Shown here piece after piece: positions 39,545 to 49,805 of a stretch of 64,000 nt of DNA. This DNA comes from Spirochaetia bacterium (lineage in GTDB: Bacteria > Spirochaetota > Spirochaetia > UBA9216): positions 2,368,001 through 2,432,000 of the forward strand of contig CAXXYH010000004.1 of assembly GCA_963677925.2 (NCBI GenBank). Direction: 5' to 3'. Under the pieces are notes generated by a model, which was given only the letters and a program-made list of their open reading frames with translations, ran no database searches and had not been told where the DNA came from. A program made the position numbers and the translations under genes. Position 1 is the stretch's first letter; every line of letters starts with the position of its first letter.

Positions 39545-39569
39545 AGCCCGGGACTTGCTCGGGCTTTTT
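39545..39569 (+). terminator. Rho-independent terminator
   Basis: AGCCCGGG-ACTTG-CTCGGGCT-TTTT, similar to the 37158 terminator. Confidence 0.75.
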
Positions 39570-39611
39570 AATTTTATTGTGATCTTCTCATTCGTGTGAT
39601 ATTATCTATCG

Positions 39612-39639
39612 GGAAACTAAAAATACAAAAATAGTTTCC
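39612..39639. promoter_or_regulatory. Inverted-repeat operator, probably for the adjacent TetR
   Basis: GGAAACTA-N12-TAGTTTCC directly upstream of tetR. Confidence 0.6.
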
Positions 39640-39669
39640 GTAAGCATATCAATTAAATTTTAAGGATAA

Positions 39670-40281
39670 GTGATGCCGGCCGGCGATACAGATAATGAGA
39701 TAAAAAAAGTTATCCTGGAAGGGGTGATAGATGAATTTAACCAAAACGGTCTGAAATTTACGATGGATGATTTAGCTCAAAGATTATCCATGAGTAAAAA
39801 GACCTTTTATAAATACTATAAAGACAAGAATGAACTTTTCATGGAAATGGTTGATTACTGTTTTTCTGCAATAAAGGAAAGTGAAAAAAGGATTCTTCAG
39901 GATGAAGAACTGAGCCTTATTGAAAAAATCAGAAAAATTATTGTCGTTCTGCCGGAACGCTATTCCGGAGTTGATTTTCGCAAATTGTGGGAACTTAAAA
40001 ATATATATCCCGAAGTTTTTGAAAGGGTGGCTTTAAGATTGGAAAATGACTGGGAGCCGACAATTAAGCTTCTGGAAGAGGGAGTCAGGATGGGAAATAT
40101 AAGATCTGTACAGATACCTGTATTAAAGATGATGGTCGAATCTTCAATAGAACATTTTCTTTGCGGACATACGCTCCTTGATGAAAATATTTCATACGGG
40201 CAGGCTCTTGAGGGGATGATGGATATTCTTTTACATGGAATTCTTGCTGAAACAGAAGGAGAAATAAAGAGTGAAACTTGA
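39670..40281 (+). CDS. TetR/AcrR family regulator
   Basis: N-terminal HTH FTMDDLAQRLSMSKKTFYKYY.DKNEL. Confidence 0.9.
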   Translation: MMPAGDTDNEIKKVILEGVIDEFNQNGLKFTMDDLAQRLSMSKKTFYKYYKDKNELFMEMVDYCFSAIKESEKRILQDEELSLIEKIRKIIVVLPERYSGVDFRKLWELKNIYPEVFERVALRLENDWEPTIKLLEEGVRMGNIRSVQIPVLKMMVESSIEHFLCGHTLLDENISYGQALEGMMDILLHGILAETEGEIKSET

Positions 40282-41653
40282 TTTAAAGGCCAAGGCTTCA
40301 TACGGTCTTGCCGCAGTCGGAAAGGATATGGTGTACGCCCTTTCCTCGGGGTATGTTCTCTATTACTACAATGTCGTTATGGGACTCAGCGCTACATTTG
40401 TCGGAATTATCCTGATGGTGGCGCGTGTCTTCGATGCTGTAAACGACCCGGTAATGGGAATAATTGTAGCAAAAACCAACTCACGCTTCGGCAGGTTCCG
40501 TCCCTGGCTTTTCACAGGAACAATACTGAACGCCTTTGTTCTTTTCGCTCTTTTTGCGGTACCCGGCGGACTGGAAGGCAAGCAGCTTATGGTATATTTT
40601 GCTGTTGTCTACATACTATGGGGGACTACCTATACAATTATGGATATTCCCTACTGGTCGATGATCCCGGCGGTAGCGGATACGCATGCTGAACGGGAAA
40701 ACCTGTCTGTAATAGCAAGAAGCTGTGCCGGCGTCGGCTTTGCGGTAATAACAGTAGCCACAATGATTTCAGTAGCTAAATTCGGCGGGGGAAGTTCTGC
40801 CGCTGATTACCGTATCGGCTTCAGATGGTTCACACTTATCATCAGCTGTTTCTTTATTCTGGCCTCGGTTATTGCCTGTATCAATATAAAGGAAAACAGT
40901 TCCGTAAATATGAAAACGGCAAGTGTCGGCCAGATGTTTAAATCACTTTTTAAAAATGACCAGGCTATGATAATTGTAATTGCAATCATCTGCGTTAATA
41001 CAGCCCTTTACATAACATCCAATCTGATAATCTATTTCTTTCAGTTTGATATCGGCGAAGCCGGCTGGGAAGGCTCCTATGCGCTTTTTAATACCTTCGG
41101 AGGCGGACTTCAGATTATTGCAATGATGATAATCTATCCTCTTATTCGTAAAAAGCTTTCTGCTACAACTGTTTTCAGACTCTGCCTCTTAATGGAAATC
41201 TTCGGTTATTTTGTACTGCTGATTATGGCATTTACCGGCGCAACGGCGGTATTTCTCATTTTTATCCCCGCCTTTTTTATCTTCTCGGGAAACGGAATGC
41301 TGACTGTCCTCACAACCATTTTTCTGGCCGATTCTGTAGACTACGGTGAGTTTAAAACAGGACACCGTGAAGAGAGTGTTATATTTTCAATGCAGACCTT
41401 TGTGGTGAAGCTTGCATCGGGCCTTGCGGCTCTGGCTGCCAGTGTCGGTCTTGATTTAATCAATCTTGATACCGATGCTGCTGTGCAGTCCTCAAAAACC
41501 ATCTTCGGTTTAAGGACTGTTATGTCGGTTGTTCCTATGATTGGACTTTTTGTAGCGCTTTTTATTTTCAGAAAATATAAACTTGATGAAAAAGAACTTG
41601 CGAAGATTGCATCAAAACTTGAAAGAGAGGATCCATCGGCTGCGGGTATCTGA
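40271..41653 (+). CDS. melB: Glycoside-pentoside-hexuronide:cation symporter (MelB-like)
   Basis: GKDMVY, DAVNDPVMG, FGRFRPW, YTIMDIPYWS and DSVDYGE...FSMQTFVVKLAS motifs. Confidence 0.85.
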   Translation: MKLDLKAKASYGLAAVGKDMVYALSSGYVLYYYNVVMGLSATFVGIILMVARVFDAVNDPVMGIIVAKTNSRFGRFRPWLFTGTILNAFVLFALFAVPGGLEGKQLMVYFAVVYILWGTTYTIMDIPYWSMIPAVADTHAERENLSVIARSCAGVGFAVITVATMISVAKFGGGSSAADYRIGFRWFTLIISCFFILASVIACINIKENSSVNMKTASVGQMFKSLFKNDQAMIIVIAIICVNTALYITSNLIIYFFQFDIGEAGWEGSYALFNTFGGGLQIIAMMIIYPLIRKKLSATTVFRLCLLMEIFGYFVLLIMAFTGATAVFLIFIPAFFIFSGNGMLTVLTTIFLADSVDYGEFKTGHREESVIFSMQTFVVKLASGLAALAASVGLDLINLDTDAAVQSSKTIFGLRTVMSVVPMIGLFVALFIFRKYKLDEKELAKIASKLEREDPSAAGI

Positions 41654-41677
41654 TATACTGTCCATTGAGGAGACAAT

Positions 41678-42667
41678 ATGAATGATATTACTTTCAAGGC
41701 TTTAAATATATTTGAAACTGAGTCCGGCTTCAGTCCGGAAATTATAGATAAAAAGATTTCAGATCTGCCTGATGGAGATCTGGTTATAAAAGTCCATTAT
41801 TCATCGCTTAATTACAAGGATTCGCTTTCTATTTCCGGAAACAGGGGGGTTACCAGAAATTACCCACATACTCCGGGAATTGATGCCTCCGGTGAAGTTG
41901 TAGAATCGGGGTCACCGGCATTCACTGAGGGCGACAAGGTAATAATTACCGGCTACGACTTCGGTATGAATACCTCCGGCGGTTATCAGGAATATGCAAG
42001 AATACCCTCTGCCTGGGCGGTGAAACTGCCCTCTGGGCTTAGCCTTGCAGAGGCAATGGTTTACGGAACGGCCGGTTTTACTGCTGCCATGTCGGCAGAT
42101 AAAATATTTAAGACTCTCAGTCCTGAAGACGGTGAAATAATTGTGTCCGGGGCAACAGGCGGTGTAGGTTCCATAGCCGTAAGACTGCTTGCAGCAGCAG
42201 GTTACAGAGTTGCCGCAGTGACAGGAAAACCGGAAAAGGCGGATTACCTTAAATCACTTGGTGCCTCTTCTATTGTCGAACGATCCTCTTTGCAGGAGGA
42301 AAATTCAAGGCCGATGCTAAAGGCGCAGTATGCCGGTGCAGTTGATACTGTCGGTGGAAATATTCTTGCAAACATTATTAAATCGATTGCTCCGCTGGGA
42401 ACCGTAACCAGCTGCGGGAATGCAGCCTCGGCTGATCTTCCGCTGAGTGTTTATCCCTTCATTCTGCGCGGTATCAGTCTTATTGGAATAGACTCTCAGA
42501 ACTGCCCGATGGAATACAGGCAGTACATCTGGAATCATCTGGCAACAGACTGGAAACTTCCGGATTTATTAAATCTGGCGCATGAGATCAGCCTTTCTGA
42601 AGTAGCAGAACAGGCTTCTCTCATGCTGAAAGCCAAGGCTTCCGGAAGAGCTCTGGTTAAATTATAA
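41678..42667 (+). CDS. YhdH/AcuI family MDR oxidoreductase
   Basis: SSLNYKD, PGIDASG, GTAGFTA, GATGGVGS and PFILRG..L.GIDS motifs. Confidence 0.9.
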   Translation: MNDITFKALNIFETESGFSPEIIDKKISDLPDGDLVIKVHYSSLNYKDSLSISGNRGVTRNYPHTPGIDASGEVVESGSPAFTEGDKVIITGYDFGMNTSGGYQEYARIPSAWAVKLPSGLSLAEAMVYGTAGFTAAMSADKIFKTLSPEDGEIIVSGATGGVGSIAVRLLAAAGYRVAAVTGKPEKADYLKSLGASSIVERSSLQEENSRPMLKAQYAGAVDTVGGNILANIIKSIAPLGTVTSCGNAASADLPLSVYPFILRGISLIGIDSQNCPMEYRQYIWNHLATDWKLPDLLNLAHEISLSEVAEQASLMLKAKASGRALVKL

Positions 42668-43690
42668 TCAGTTCCGGCTGATGGAGATGTCGCCTGAGCT
42701 TGCCTTAACTCTAACCAGGCGGCCGCCTCCGTTTACTTTTCCGCTTATCCGATCTTCATCTGATTTTGTTACATCGCCGAGTATTGTGAAATCAGTTGTA
42801 ATCTTTCCGGAAGAGGCGCCAAGATCGGCATCAAAAGCAGAGCCTGCAGGAAGACTGAGTCTGACTCTTCCCGATTTACTGTCTATATCAATATCTCCGG
42901 ATAGGGTGGCTATTTCGATGGTGGTTTTGCCTGATGATATTTCGCATTGAATACCGCCTTCAGCCTTTAACAGTTCAAGTGAACCTGAGGACAGTTTTAT
43001 TCTGGTATTGTCTGCTGATAATCTGTTGATTTTTATATCGCCTGAGGATGCTTTGAGTCCTATTTCCGAAGAACGCAGTTCATCAATCTTTATATCTCCG
43101 GAACTTGCTGTAATATCAATGCTGCGGGCTGCATTCAGCAGTCCTGCGTTTATTTTTCCGGAGGATGCTTCAATAGTAAGCAGTTCGGCGGATATCCTAT
43201 CCAGACTCACATCCCCGGAACTGGATTTTATATTCAGTTTATCAGCAGAGATGTCTGAAACCGTTATATCTGAACTGGAAAGTTCTATTTCAATGTCGCC
43301 GATGAATGATTCAGGTATATTCGCTGAAAAATAGACTCTGCCGGTCTGTGCAAGACCGAAGAACATTTTTTCATTTTTATAGAGGCTGATGTTTAAGACT
43401 CTTCCGTCTTCTGAGACATACAAGGCGGGAACGGCACTGCCCTGGTTTGACGTCATAGTGCCTTCAAGAGCTAGCGTTAGCTTATTTGATGCTGAGCTTC
43501 CTGTGATGGTTTTATCAAAATTAACAGTTGATATGCACAATCCGCATCTTGCTGAATCAAGCCTGAATACCAGTTTCTCTACTGAACCAAGGTTAACCTC
43601 TTTGTAATCATCCAGTTCGTATGACAGGGCAAAGCCCTGCAGTACTGTACTCAGTAATATTACCGCTGTAATTAAAATTATTTTTTTCAT
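42668..43690 (-). CDS. DUF4097 family beta-strand repeat protein
   Basis: Signal peptide from MKKIIL (ATG 43690, AGGAG SD); many xSSGDI/SSGKI repeats. Confidence 0.85.
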   Translation of the reverse strand: MKKIILITAVILLSTVLQGFALSYELDDYKEVNLGSVEKLVFRLDSARCGLCISTVNFDKTITGSSASNKLTLALEGTMTSNQGSAVPALYVSEDGRVLNISLYKNEKMFFGLAQTGRVYFSANIPESFIGDIEIELSSSDITVSDISADKLNIKSSSGDVSLDRISAELLTIEASSGKINAGLLNAARSIDITASSGDIKIDELRSSEIGLKASSGDIKINRLSADNTRIKLSSGSLELLKAEGGIQCEISSGKTTIEIATLSGDIDIDSKSGRVRLSLPAGSAFDADLGASSGKITTDFTILGDVTKSDEDRISGKVNGGGRLVRVKASSGDISISRN

Positions 43691-43749
43691 TTTATCTCCT
43701 TGCTGCGATTTCTTACTGAAATATAGACCCGAAACCATTAATTCAGTAG

Positions 43750-43765
43750 TCGTATATTTGTACGA
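43750..43765. promoter_or_regulatory. Inverted repeat, candidate operator for the adjacent LuxR
   Basis: TCGTA-N6-TACGA between luxR and the DUF4097 gene. Confidence 0.5.
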
Positions 43766-43774
43766 TTTGCGTAT

Positions 43775-44701
43775 TTAAGGCCTTCTGAGCCTGTTTGCCA
43801 GCTCAGTTTTATTGCCTACCTGCATTTTAGAGTAAATTCTTCCCACGTGAGTCTGGACGGTGGACATTGAAATAAAAAGATCGGAGGAAATTTCCTTATA
43901 TGTTCTCCCGTGCATCAGCATGAGCGCTACCTCAGATTCCCGGGCCGACAGTCCATACTGCCTGCACAGCTCCTCAGTCCCTAATCCGGATACGCTCTCA
44001 GTTTTTTTACCTGAATACAGCATCATTAAAATTAAAAGTGTTATTACTACTATAATCCCGGACGGGATAATAAAAACAGCTACTTCTGAATCTGTTATTA
44101 CATATGCCGTTACAGATATTAGTATAAAGTTTAGTGTTATTCGAAGTATTTCAAGGCCGGCTTTATCTGTATTCTGATATAAGGGCATATAGAGTTTTAC
44201 TGTACAGATTATCGAAATAAAAAGAAGCAGAAAAAATCCTGCCATTACTGAATACCCATATAGTTCTGCAAACAAAGAGTTTACCGCGAAGGAGTTTATT
44301 ATCAGGAATGAAGATTCAGATATCAAAAATAAACCCAGAAAAACAGCACTTATTATAAAAACCATGCGCGATCTGGAAAATTTACGGTATTCATTAGTAA
44401 GCAGAATGATAAAAAATCCGGCTGACGTCATAGAAAATAGCAGCAGTACATTAAGCACAAGTTCAGGAACAGCCGGGTTGAAATACAGCTGCAGATTATC
44501 CGGACTGTTGTGAATATACATTTCTGCCGTGAGCAGTATACCGGTAAGAGAAAAACTCAGAAGAAACAAATGCAGGGCCGGGCTTTTCTTTGCTGATTTA
44601 CCGGATTTAACTATGACTATCCCGATGGAAATCAATGAAACAGAATAAACGAGAATATAGAGCAGATTGATTAATATATCTTGAACCTGATTGCTGTTCA
44701 C
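43775..44701 (-). CDS. Membrane-anchored LuxR family regulator
   Basis: About 7 TM segments followed by LSARESEV...YKEI...ISMSTVQTHV.RIYSK. Confidence 0.88.
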   Translation of the reverse strand: MNSNQVQDILINLLYILVYSVSLISIGIVIVKSGKSAKKSPALHLFLLSFSLTGILLTAEMYIHNSPDNLQLYFNPAVPELVLNVLLLFSMTSAGFFIILLTNEYRKFSRSRMVFIISAVFLGLFLISESSFLIINSFAVNSLFAELYGYSVMAGFFLLLFISIICTVKLYMPLYQNTDKAGLEILRITLNFILISVTAYVITDSEVAVFIIPSGIIVVITLLILMMLYSGKKTESVSGLGTEELCRQYGLSARESEVALMLMHGRTYKEISSDLFISMSTVQTHVGRIYSKMQVGNKTELANRLRRP

Positions 44702-44836
44702 TCAGATGATTTTACAGCCTGTATTTTCAATTATCAATTAATAAACTGATTTTTTGTACGACAATTCTAAAAATATTAATATTATGATCATTGCAGGATA
44801 AAGAAAGAATGAATAGAATTGTAATTGGAGGACTAA

Positions 44837-45235
44837 ATGAAGTCTCTGATAGTTGAAGATGACCTTGCCAGCAGACTGATTTTACAGGAAATGCTGAGTA
44901 ACTTCGGGCCGGTTCATACTGCAGTAAACGGCAAAGAGGGGCTGCAGCTTTTTAAACGATCAATAGAAAAAAATGATAAATACAAACTGATATGTCTAGA
45001 TATAATGATGCCGGAGATGGACGGGCAGCAGGTTCTTAAGGAAATTCGTGAAATTGAAGCCTCCGAATCCGCAGAACACTTCAGGCGGACGAAGGTGTTT
45101 ATGGTTACAGCTTTGGGTGATGTTGAGAGTGTAATGAAATCCTTCTACGAGCTCTGTGACGGTTATCTGCTTAAACCGGTTACAAAGGAGAAGCTTCTGA
45201 AGGAACTGAAAAAAGTAAGACTGATTGCCGGATAA
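44837..45235 (+). CDS. Single-domain response regulator (CheY-like)
   Basis: IVEDD, LDIMMPEMDG, VTA and KP motifs. Confidence 0.9.
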   Translation: MKSLIVEDDLASRLILQEMLSNFGPVHTAVNGKEGLQLFKRSIEKNDKYKLICLDIMMPEMDGQQVLKEIREIEASESAEHFRRTKVFMVTALGDVESVMKSFYELCDGYLLKPVTKEKLLKELKKVRLIAG

Positions 45236-45243
45236 TCCAGCAG

Positions 45244-46233
45244 TCAGAGTTTCTTCAATTCATCCCTCCTTCGGCGGTAGGCAAGAATCGGTCCGTCTCC
45301 CTGCAGAAGATTTTCTTTCATTTTAAGTTCCGTTTTTTTCGGCAGCTGAGTATGCACAACCCTCCTGTCCTGGTGGGTAATTATCTTACTGAAAAACATT
45401 CCGAATCCGTTTACGACTTCTCTCAATACCGGCACCATCATAAATTTTTGATAGAATCTCAAATAGAGAAGGGTATGATCTTCATCAACCGGAACAAAGG
45501 CAATAAATATCCTGGCCTTATCAGTCAGCCAGTTCTGCCATATATGCGGAAAACGGAAGTGCAGATGCTGCTGTCCTTCTTTCGGCTCAGGTGTTTCTTC
45601 GGGTCTTTGTGGACTCTGGCCTTCATCAACAGCATTATATACCCAGACACTCATTTCATTATCACTGATCTTTACCCTGGGGCCGTTCACCAGAGTCTTG
45701 TTTCCGGCCCCTATCGTGTTGTGATGTACAAAGGGCAGGTGGAGAACATCAAGCTGATTTTCTATGCATCTGGAATAGTGGCATAACCATGGATCGATCC
45801 AGTTTTTATAGCTGAAACTTTCATCGATATCATCGAAATACGGCAGGGGAGGAAAGGCTGAAACATCATCAGATGCACTTAGTCTGTCACTCCAGAAGAT
45901 CCATATCAAACCGGCTTGCTCTGCTGTTTTATAGGATTCTGTGTGGAAATTTTCCGGAATCGGGGTTTCTTTTCCGTTTCCCGGAATAAGAATGCATGTG
46001 CCCTTGCTGTCAAATTCGAGTCCGTGAAAGGGGCACTGCGGATGCCCCTCATGGATCTTCCCGGCCGATATCGATGCCCCGCGGTGCGGACATTTATCTG
46101 CAATACATGAAACCTTACCGGTGGTACCGTCTCTCCAGAAAGCAAGTTTTTCTCCAAGCCTCAGCGCTCCGGTAATTCGTCCCGGTTTAACTTCCTTACT
46201 GTAAAGTACAGCATACCACTGGTTTTTTATCAT
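45244..46233 (-). CDS. Rieske non-heme iron oxygenase alpha subunit (VanA-like)
   Basis: CPHRG...CPFHG Rieske ligands; ENQLDVLHLPFVH and QD mononuclear iron site. Confidence 0.9.
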   Translation of the reverse strand: MIKNQWYAVLYSKEVKPGRITGALRLGEKLAFWRDGTTGKVSCIADKCPHRGASISAGKIHEGHPQCPFHGLEFDSKGTCILIPGNGKETPIPENFHTESYKTAEQAGLIWIFWSDRLSASDDVSAFPPLPYFDDIDESFSYKNWIDPWLCHYSRCIENQLDVLHLPFVHHNTIGAGNKTLVNGPRVKISDNEMSVWVYNAVDEGQSPQRPEETPEPKEGQQHLHFRFPHIWQNWLTDKARIFIAFVPVDEDHTLLYLRFYQKFMMVPVLREVVNGFGMFFSKIITHQDRRVVHTQLPKKTELKMKENLLQGDGPILAYRRRRDELKKL

Positions 46234-46239
46234 GCATTC

Positions 46240-47097
46240 CTACCTCAGAGTTAATCCGAGTGTCAGGGATGTTGTTGCAAGATAATTGGCTGTGGCATCC
46301 TCAACACTGTCTGTCCAGTATAGATCAGGATACTCACTTACGCCATCTGCACTTCCTCCAAGGAACCGCAAGTTCATGAAAAGATCAATGTTGTTCTTAA
46401 GGGTATAACCGCCCCTAAGCGAGGCATCAAGCAGAGACCCTGAAAAATCAAAGTTTGCACCGTTAATAAAAGCCGAGGAGGCATAAATACCGGTGATATC
46501 AGCAAGTGCATAGAATCCGTTTGCAAACTGGTAGCGTCCGTAAAGATTTAGTGCCGGTACAGGCCCCAGGTTCTGACTGACGGTCATCTGCTCACCATCC
46601 TGTTGTTTGAATACTATAGAAGCATCTCTAAGCTGAATTGCAGCTCCTGCAGCAAGATCTATTCGATCGCTTTTAAAGAAGTCATAGGCATATGTAATTC
46701 TGTAGAATGGGAAGCCGTATGACAGCTCCATCGGTGTTCCCCCAGGGAAGGTTACATTATCTACAGTTACATCATCCTTGAATGTGACTTCTGTCAATAC
46801 TTCAAGGGGCTGGTAGAGAAAACTGAGCCTGTGCTGATCGGCTATGACAATACCTGCATTGAATCTCTGAATGGGAAAGAGTATTTCCTGCCCGCCCTGT
46901 GTCACAAAGTCAAAGGTTGTGCCTGTTCCTGCTGTTTCTGAACCTATTAGTATTGTATGATAGTTAACTTTTACAGTGCCGAGCTCTGATTCAAGGAAGA
47001 ATTTAAAATTTGAATCATCCCGGTTTATCAATGACTGCTGGGCAGATAGTGACAGCGGTATAAAAATAATTGAAATTAAAAGGATTAGTTTTTTCAT
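46240..47097 (-). CDS. Putative outer-membrane beta-barrel protein
   Basis: Signal peptide, amphipathic beta-strand pattern and terminal LTLGLTLR. Confidence 0.6.
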   Translation of the reverse strand: MKKLILLISIIFIPLSLSAQQSLINRDDSNFKFFLESELGTVKVNYHTILIGSETAGTGTTFDFVTQGGQEILFPIQRFNAGIVIADQHRLSFLYQPLEVLTEVTFKDDVTVDNVTFPGGTPMELSYGFPFYRITYAYDFFKSDRIDLAAGAAIQLRDASIVFKQQDGEQMTVSQNLGPVPALNLYGRYQFANGFYALADITGIYASSAFINGANFDFSGSLLDASLRGGYTLKNNIDLFMNLRFLGGSADGVSEYPDLYWTDSVEDATANYLATTSLTLGLTLR

Positions 47098-47244
47098 ATA
47101 TAGCCTCCAATTATATTAATGATAATAAAAATAAAGCTATAAGTAAAAAGAAAATAGTTAAAACACCGGATGAAGTGTAAGTAAAGCTTGTTTTATTATT
47201 TACTTTTCTGCTAATATTTCCCATCATTTTTACGGGAGTGTAAA

Positions 47245-47979
47245 TTGATTATTATTTCTGCGATTGCTTCCCTGATTACCTGGCTTGAAATAGTTATCGG
47301 AGCGATATTATTTATACCGATCCAGGCTGTCTTGTTTCTGCTGACCGCTCCATTTGATAAAAAGCGGCGCATACTTCATTATAACTCTTCAATTCTGTGT
47401 TTGATTCTGCTTGCTATAATTCCTATCTGGCGTCTGAAGATAAACGGAAAGGAGTATCTGGACAGAAAGAAGTCCTTTGTCATTACTGCCAATCACCAGT
47501 CTCTTATAGATATACTGCTTGTTTTCCGTCTATTTTATCCGGTCAAAATGATTGCAAAAAAATCTCTGGCTCTTGTTCCTGTAATCGGATGGAACCTGTA
47601 TTTTTCAGGACATCTTTTAATCGATCGTAATAATAGGAAAAGCCAGTTTGATGCAATCAGAAAAATCGAAGATATTTTAGGTAACGGAGAATCCTTTCTT
47701 ATTTTTCCGGAAGGAACCAGAACACGGGACGGAAATATCGGTGAGTTCAAAAAAGGTGCATTCAGATCAGCAGTAAATACTGAAACGCCGATTCTACCGA
47801 TCATAATCGACGGTGCATTTCAGTCGCTGCCTCCGAATAAATTTATTGCCAACGGGTTCAAAACGATAACCATAAATATCATGCCGCCTATCGATGTTAC
47901 AAGTGATATGAAGATGTCGGATGTATCCGAAAATTGCCGGAATAAAATGGTGGAAGAACTGGACCGTATGAGGGGCTGA
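47245..47979 (+). CDS. plsC: 1-acyl-sn-glycerol-3-phosphate acyltransferase
   Basis: NHQSLID, FPEGTR and FKKGAF motifs. Confidence 0.9.
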   Translation: MIIISAIASLITWLEIVIGAILFIPIQAVLFLLTAPFDKKRRILHYNSSILCLILLAIIPIWRLKINGKEYLDRKKSFVITANHQSLIDILLVFRLFYPVKMIAKKSLALVPVIGWNLYFSGHLLIDRNNRKSQFDAIRKIEDILGNGESFLIFPEGTRTRDGNIGEFKKGAFRSAVNTETPILPIIIDGAFQSLPPNKFIANGFKTITINIMPPIDVTSDMKMSDVSENCRNKMVEELDRMRG

Positions 47980-48035
47980 TTTATTTAAAAGCGAGTTTGA
48001 ACTTGGCATGTCTTTCTGTTATAGTTTTATTAGAT

Positions 48036-49310
48036 ATGATAAGTTCAATTCAAATAAGTGATTTTTCAATTTCTCTTTTAGTCACAATCGGAATCAGATT
48101 TTTTGCATTTATTATGTTTCTGGTTATGACAATTCGGCAGCGAGAAAGCAAGCATTTTATCATATCAGCTGCATGGTTTATATATATAATTGGTCCGATT
48201 GTGGTACTGACTTCCACGGATATGGCCTCAGGATTTTCCAAACCATCATTTGTTTTCTCTGCTCTATGTGCAACCGGATTACTTGTGTTCGGGCTGGTTT
48301 TGTATATATATAATCTGAAAGCGAAGTTTGTGGCAGTAATTACATTATCAATCACTGCCGCAGCTGCTGTTTTTACGATTATACTTTCCGCAGGACAAAC
48401 TACTATAACATCTTTGATCCAGTTTCTTTTCATCTTTTTGTGCTTTGCGTTTGTATTATTCAATAAAAAGTCGTTCAGATATGAGAAATCAAGTCTCAGT
48501 TTTGTCTGGTTTATAATTACTATTGTTCTTGCACTTGTACAGTCACTCGGCTTTAATCTTTTCCTTGATGATGTTGCGATTTCGGTAAAATTAATCCTTA
48601 CCGCTCTGATAAACCTTTCATTCATGGAGTTTTTGATCTTCCTTGACTGGGAGCAGATTCAGAAAGAGTACAAAACATCTCTAAAGCAGAAAGAGATTCT
48701 TCTTCAGGAAGTTCATCATCGTGTAAAAAATAACCTCTCAATTATCAATTCAATATTACGGCTTCAGGAATCTCACATCGATGATGAGGACAAAATTGAA
48801 CTACTGCAGAGTCTTGAAACAAGACTGAGTACAATGGCTATGGTTCACGATCAGCTCTACAGATCAAGTTCCAAAAAGGTAGTAGATTTTTCACTGTATA
48901 TGATTGAACTTACAGATTATCTTGCCTCCTGCCTGAGTCTGCCTGAAAGTTCCGTTGTTATTGAGCGTGATATACAGCCGCTGAATCTTGATATAAATAA
49001 AATGATACCCTGCGGAATGCTGGTAAATGAAATTGTGACCAATTCATTCAAACATGCTTTTTCCGGAATAAAATTACCTGTTCTTTCGATACAGACCAAA
49101 ATGGATGACAATGGAAATTGTATAATCAGAATTGCTGACAACGGACGGGGCATGGATGATTCAGAGACGCAGGAAGCTAAGAGTACAACTGGCCGGGTTA
49201 TCATATCAGCCCTGGTTGAACAGCTTGAAGCACATGTGCAAATTAACAACATCGGAGGAACTGAGTACATTATCAGTATTAAGAGCAATGAAAAACAAAA
49301 GAACGGCTGA
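48036..49310 (+). CDS. 7TM sensor histidine kinase (HisKA_2 type)
   Basis: About 7 TM segments; EVHHRVKNNL, NEIVTNSFKHAF and DNGRG; ATG 48036 lies behind TTGAAC-17-TATAGT. Confidence 0.88.
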   Translation: MISSIQISDFSISLLVTIGIRFFAFIMFLVMTIRQRESKHFIISAAWFIYIIGPIVVLTSTDMASGFSKPSFVFSALCATGLLVFGLVLYIYNLKAKFVAVITLSITAAAAVFTIILSAGQTTITSLIQFLFIFLCFAFVLFNKKSFRYEKSSLSFVWFIITIVLALVQSLGFNLFLDDVAISVKLILTALINLSFMEFLIFLDWEQIQKEYKTSLKQKEILLQEVHHRVKNNLSIINSILRLQESHIDDEDKIELLQSLETRLSTMAMVHDQLYRSSSKKVVDFSLYMIELTDYLASCLSLPESSVVIERDIQPLNLDINKMIPCGMLVNEIVTNSFKHAFSGIKLPVLSIQTKMDDNGNCIIRIADNGRGMDDSETQEAKSTTGRVIISALVEQLEAHVQINNIGGTEYIISIKSNEKQKNG

Positions 49311-49800
49311 TTTTTTAAATTATTCAATCGGACAGATCGGATATGTAGTTGAGGATCTATATAAAACTGTAAAAAATTACCATGAAAACTTCGGAGTGGG
49401 TAACTGGCAGATCTATACTTACGGACCTCCGCTTCTTAAGTTTATGAACTATATGGGGAAACCCGTGAGATATAAATCAAGGATAGCACTAAGTTACTTC
49501 GGAAACACAAGAATAGAAATTATTCAGAATCTTGAGGGAAAGACCGTCTACAGCGATTTTATCGAAAAACACGGTTACGGCATTCAGCATCTTGGTATAT
49601 ATGTTGAAGATATTAAAGAGGAAATCCGCAAGGCAGAAGAAGCAGGCTTCAGCGTGCTGATGGAGGGCGGAGGATTCGGTCCCGACGGAGACGGACATTT
49701 TGCTTATCTTGATACTGAAAAAGATCATGGAATCACCTTCGAATTGATTCAGCGGCCGCTCAGAAGATATGAGCCGGAGGATATCTATCCGGCAGAATAG
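49288..49800 (+). CDS. VOC/glyoxalase family protein (methylmalonyl-CoA epimerase-like)
   Basis: QIGYVVED, IEIIQ, GIQHLG and FAYLDT...FELI motifs; start reassigned to ATG 49288. Confidence 0.85.
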   Translation: MKNKRTADFLNYSIGQIGYVVEDLYKTVKNYHENFGVGNWQIYTYGPPLLKFMNYMGKPVRYKSRIALSYFGNTRIEIIQNLEGKTVYSDFIEKHGYGIQHLGIYVEDIKEEIRKAEEAGFSVLMEGGGFGPDGDGHFAYLDTEKDHGITFELIQRPLRRYEPEDIYPAE

Positions 49801-49805
49801 CTCTC

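Noticed and set aside
26390-39570. Mobile genomic island
   Set aside because: The region looks accessory and partly AT-rich, but no integrase, transposase, tRNA or flanking direct repeat was seen.
48003-48019. sigma54-like TGGCAT upstream of the 7TM kinase
   Set aside because: The -12 TTGC element is absent; the sequence is the spacer of a sigma70-type promoter.
49132-49287. Long overlap of the VOC gene with the histidine kinase
   Set aside because: The extension has no VOC features; ATG 49288 gives a normal-length protein.
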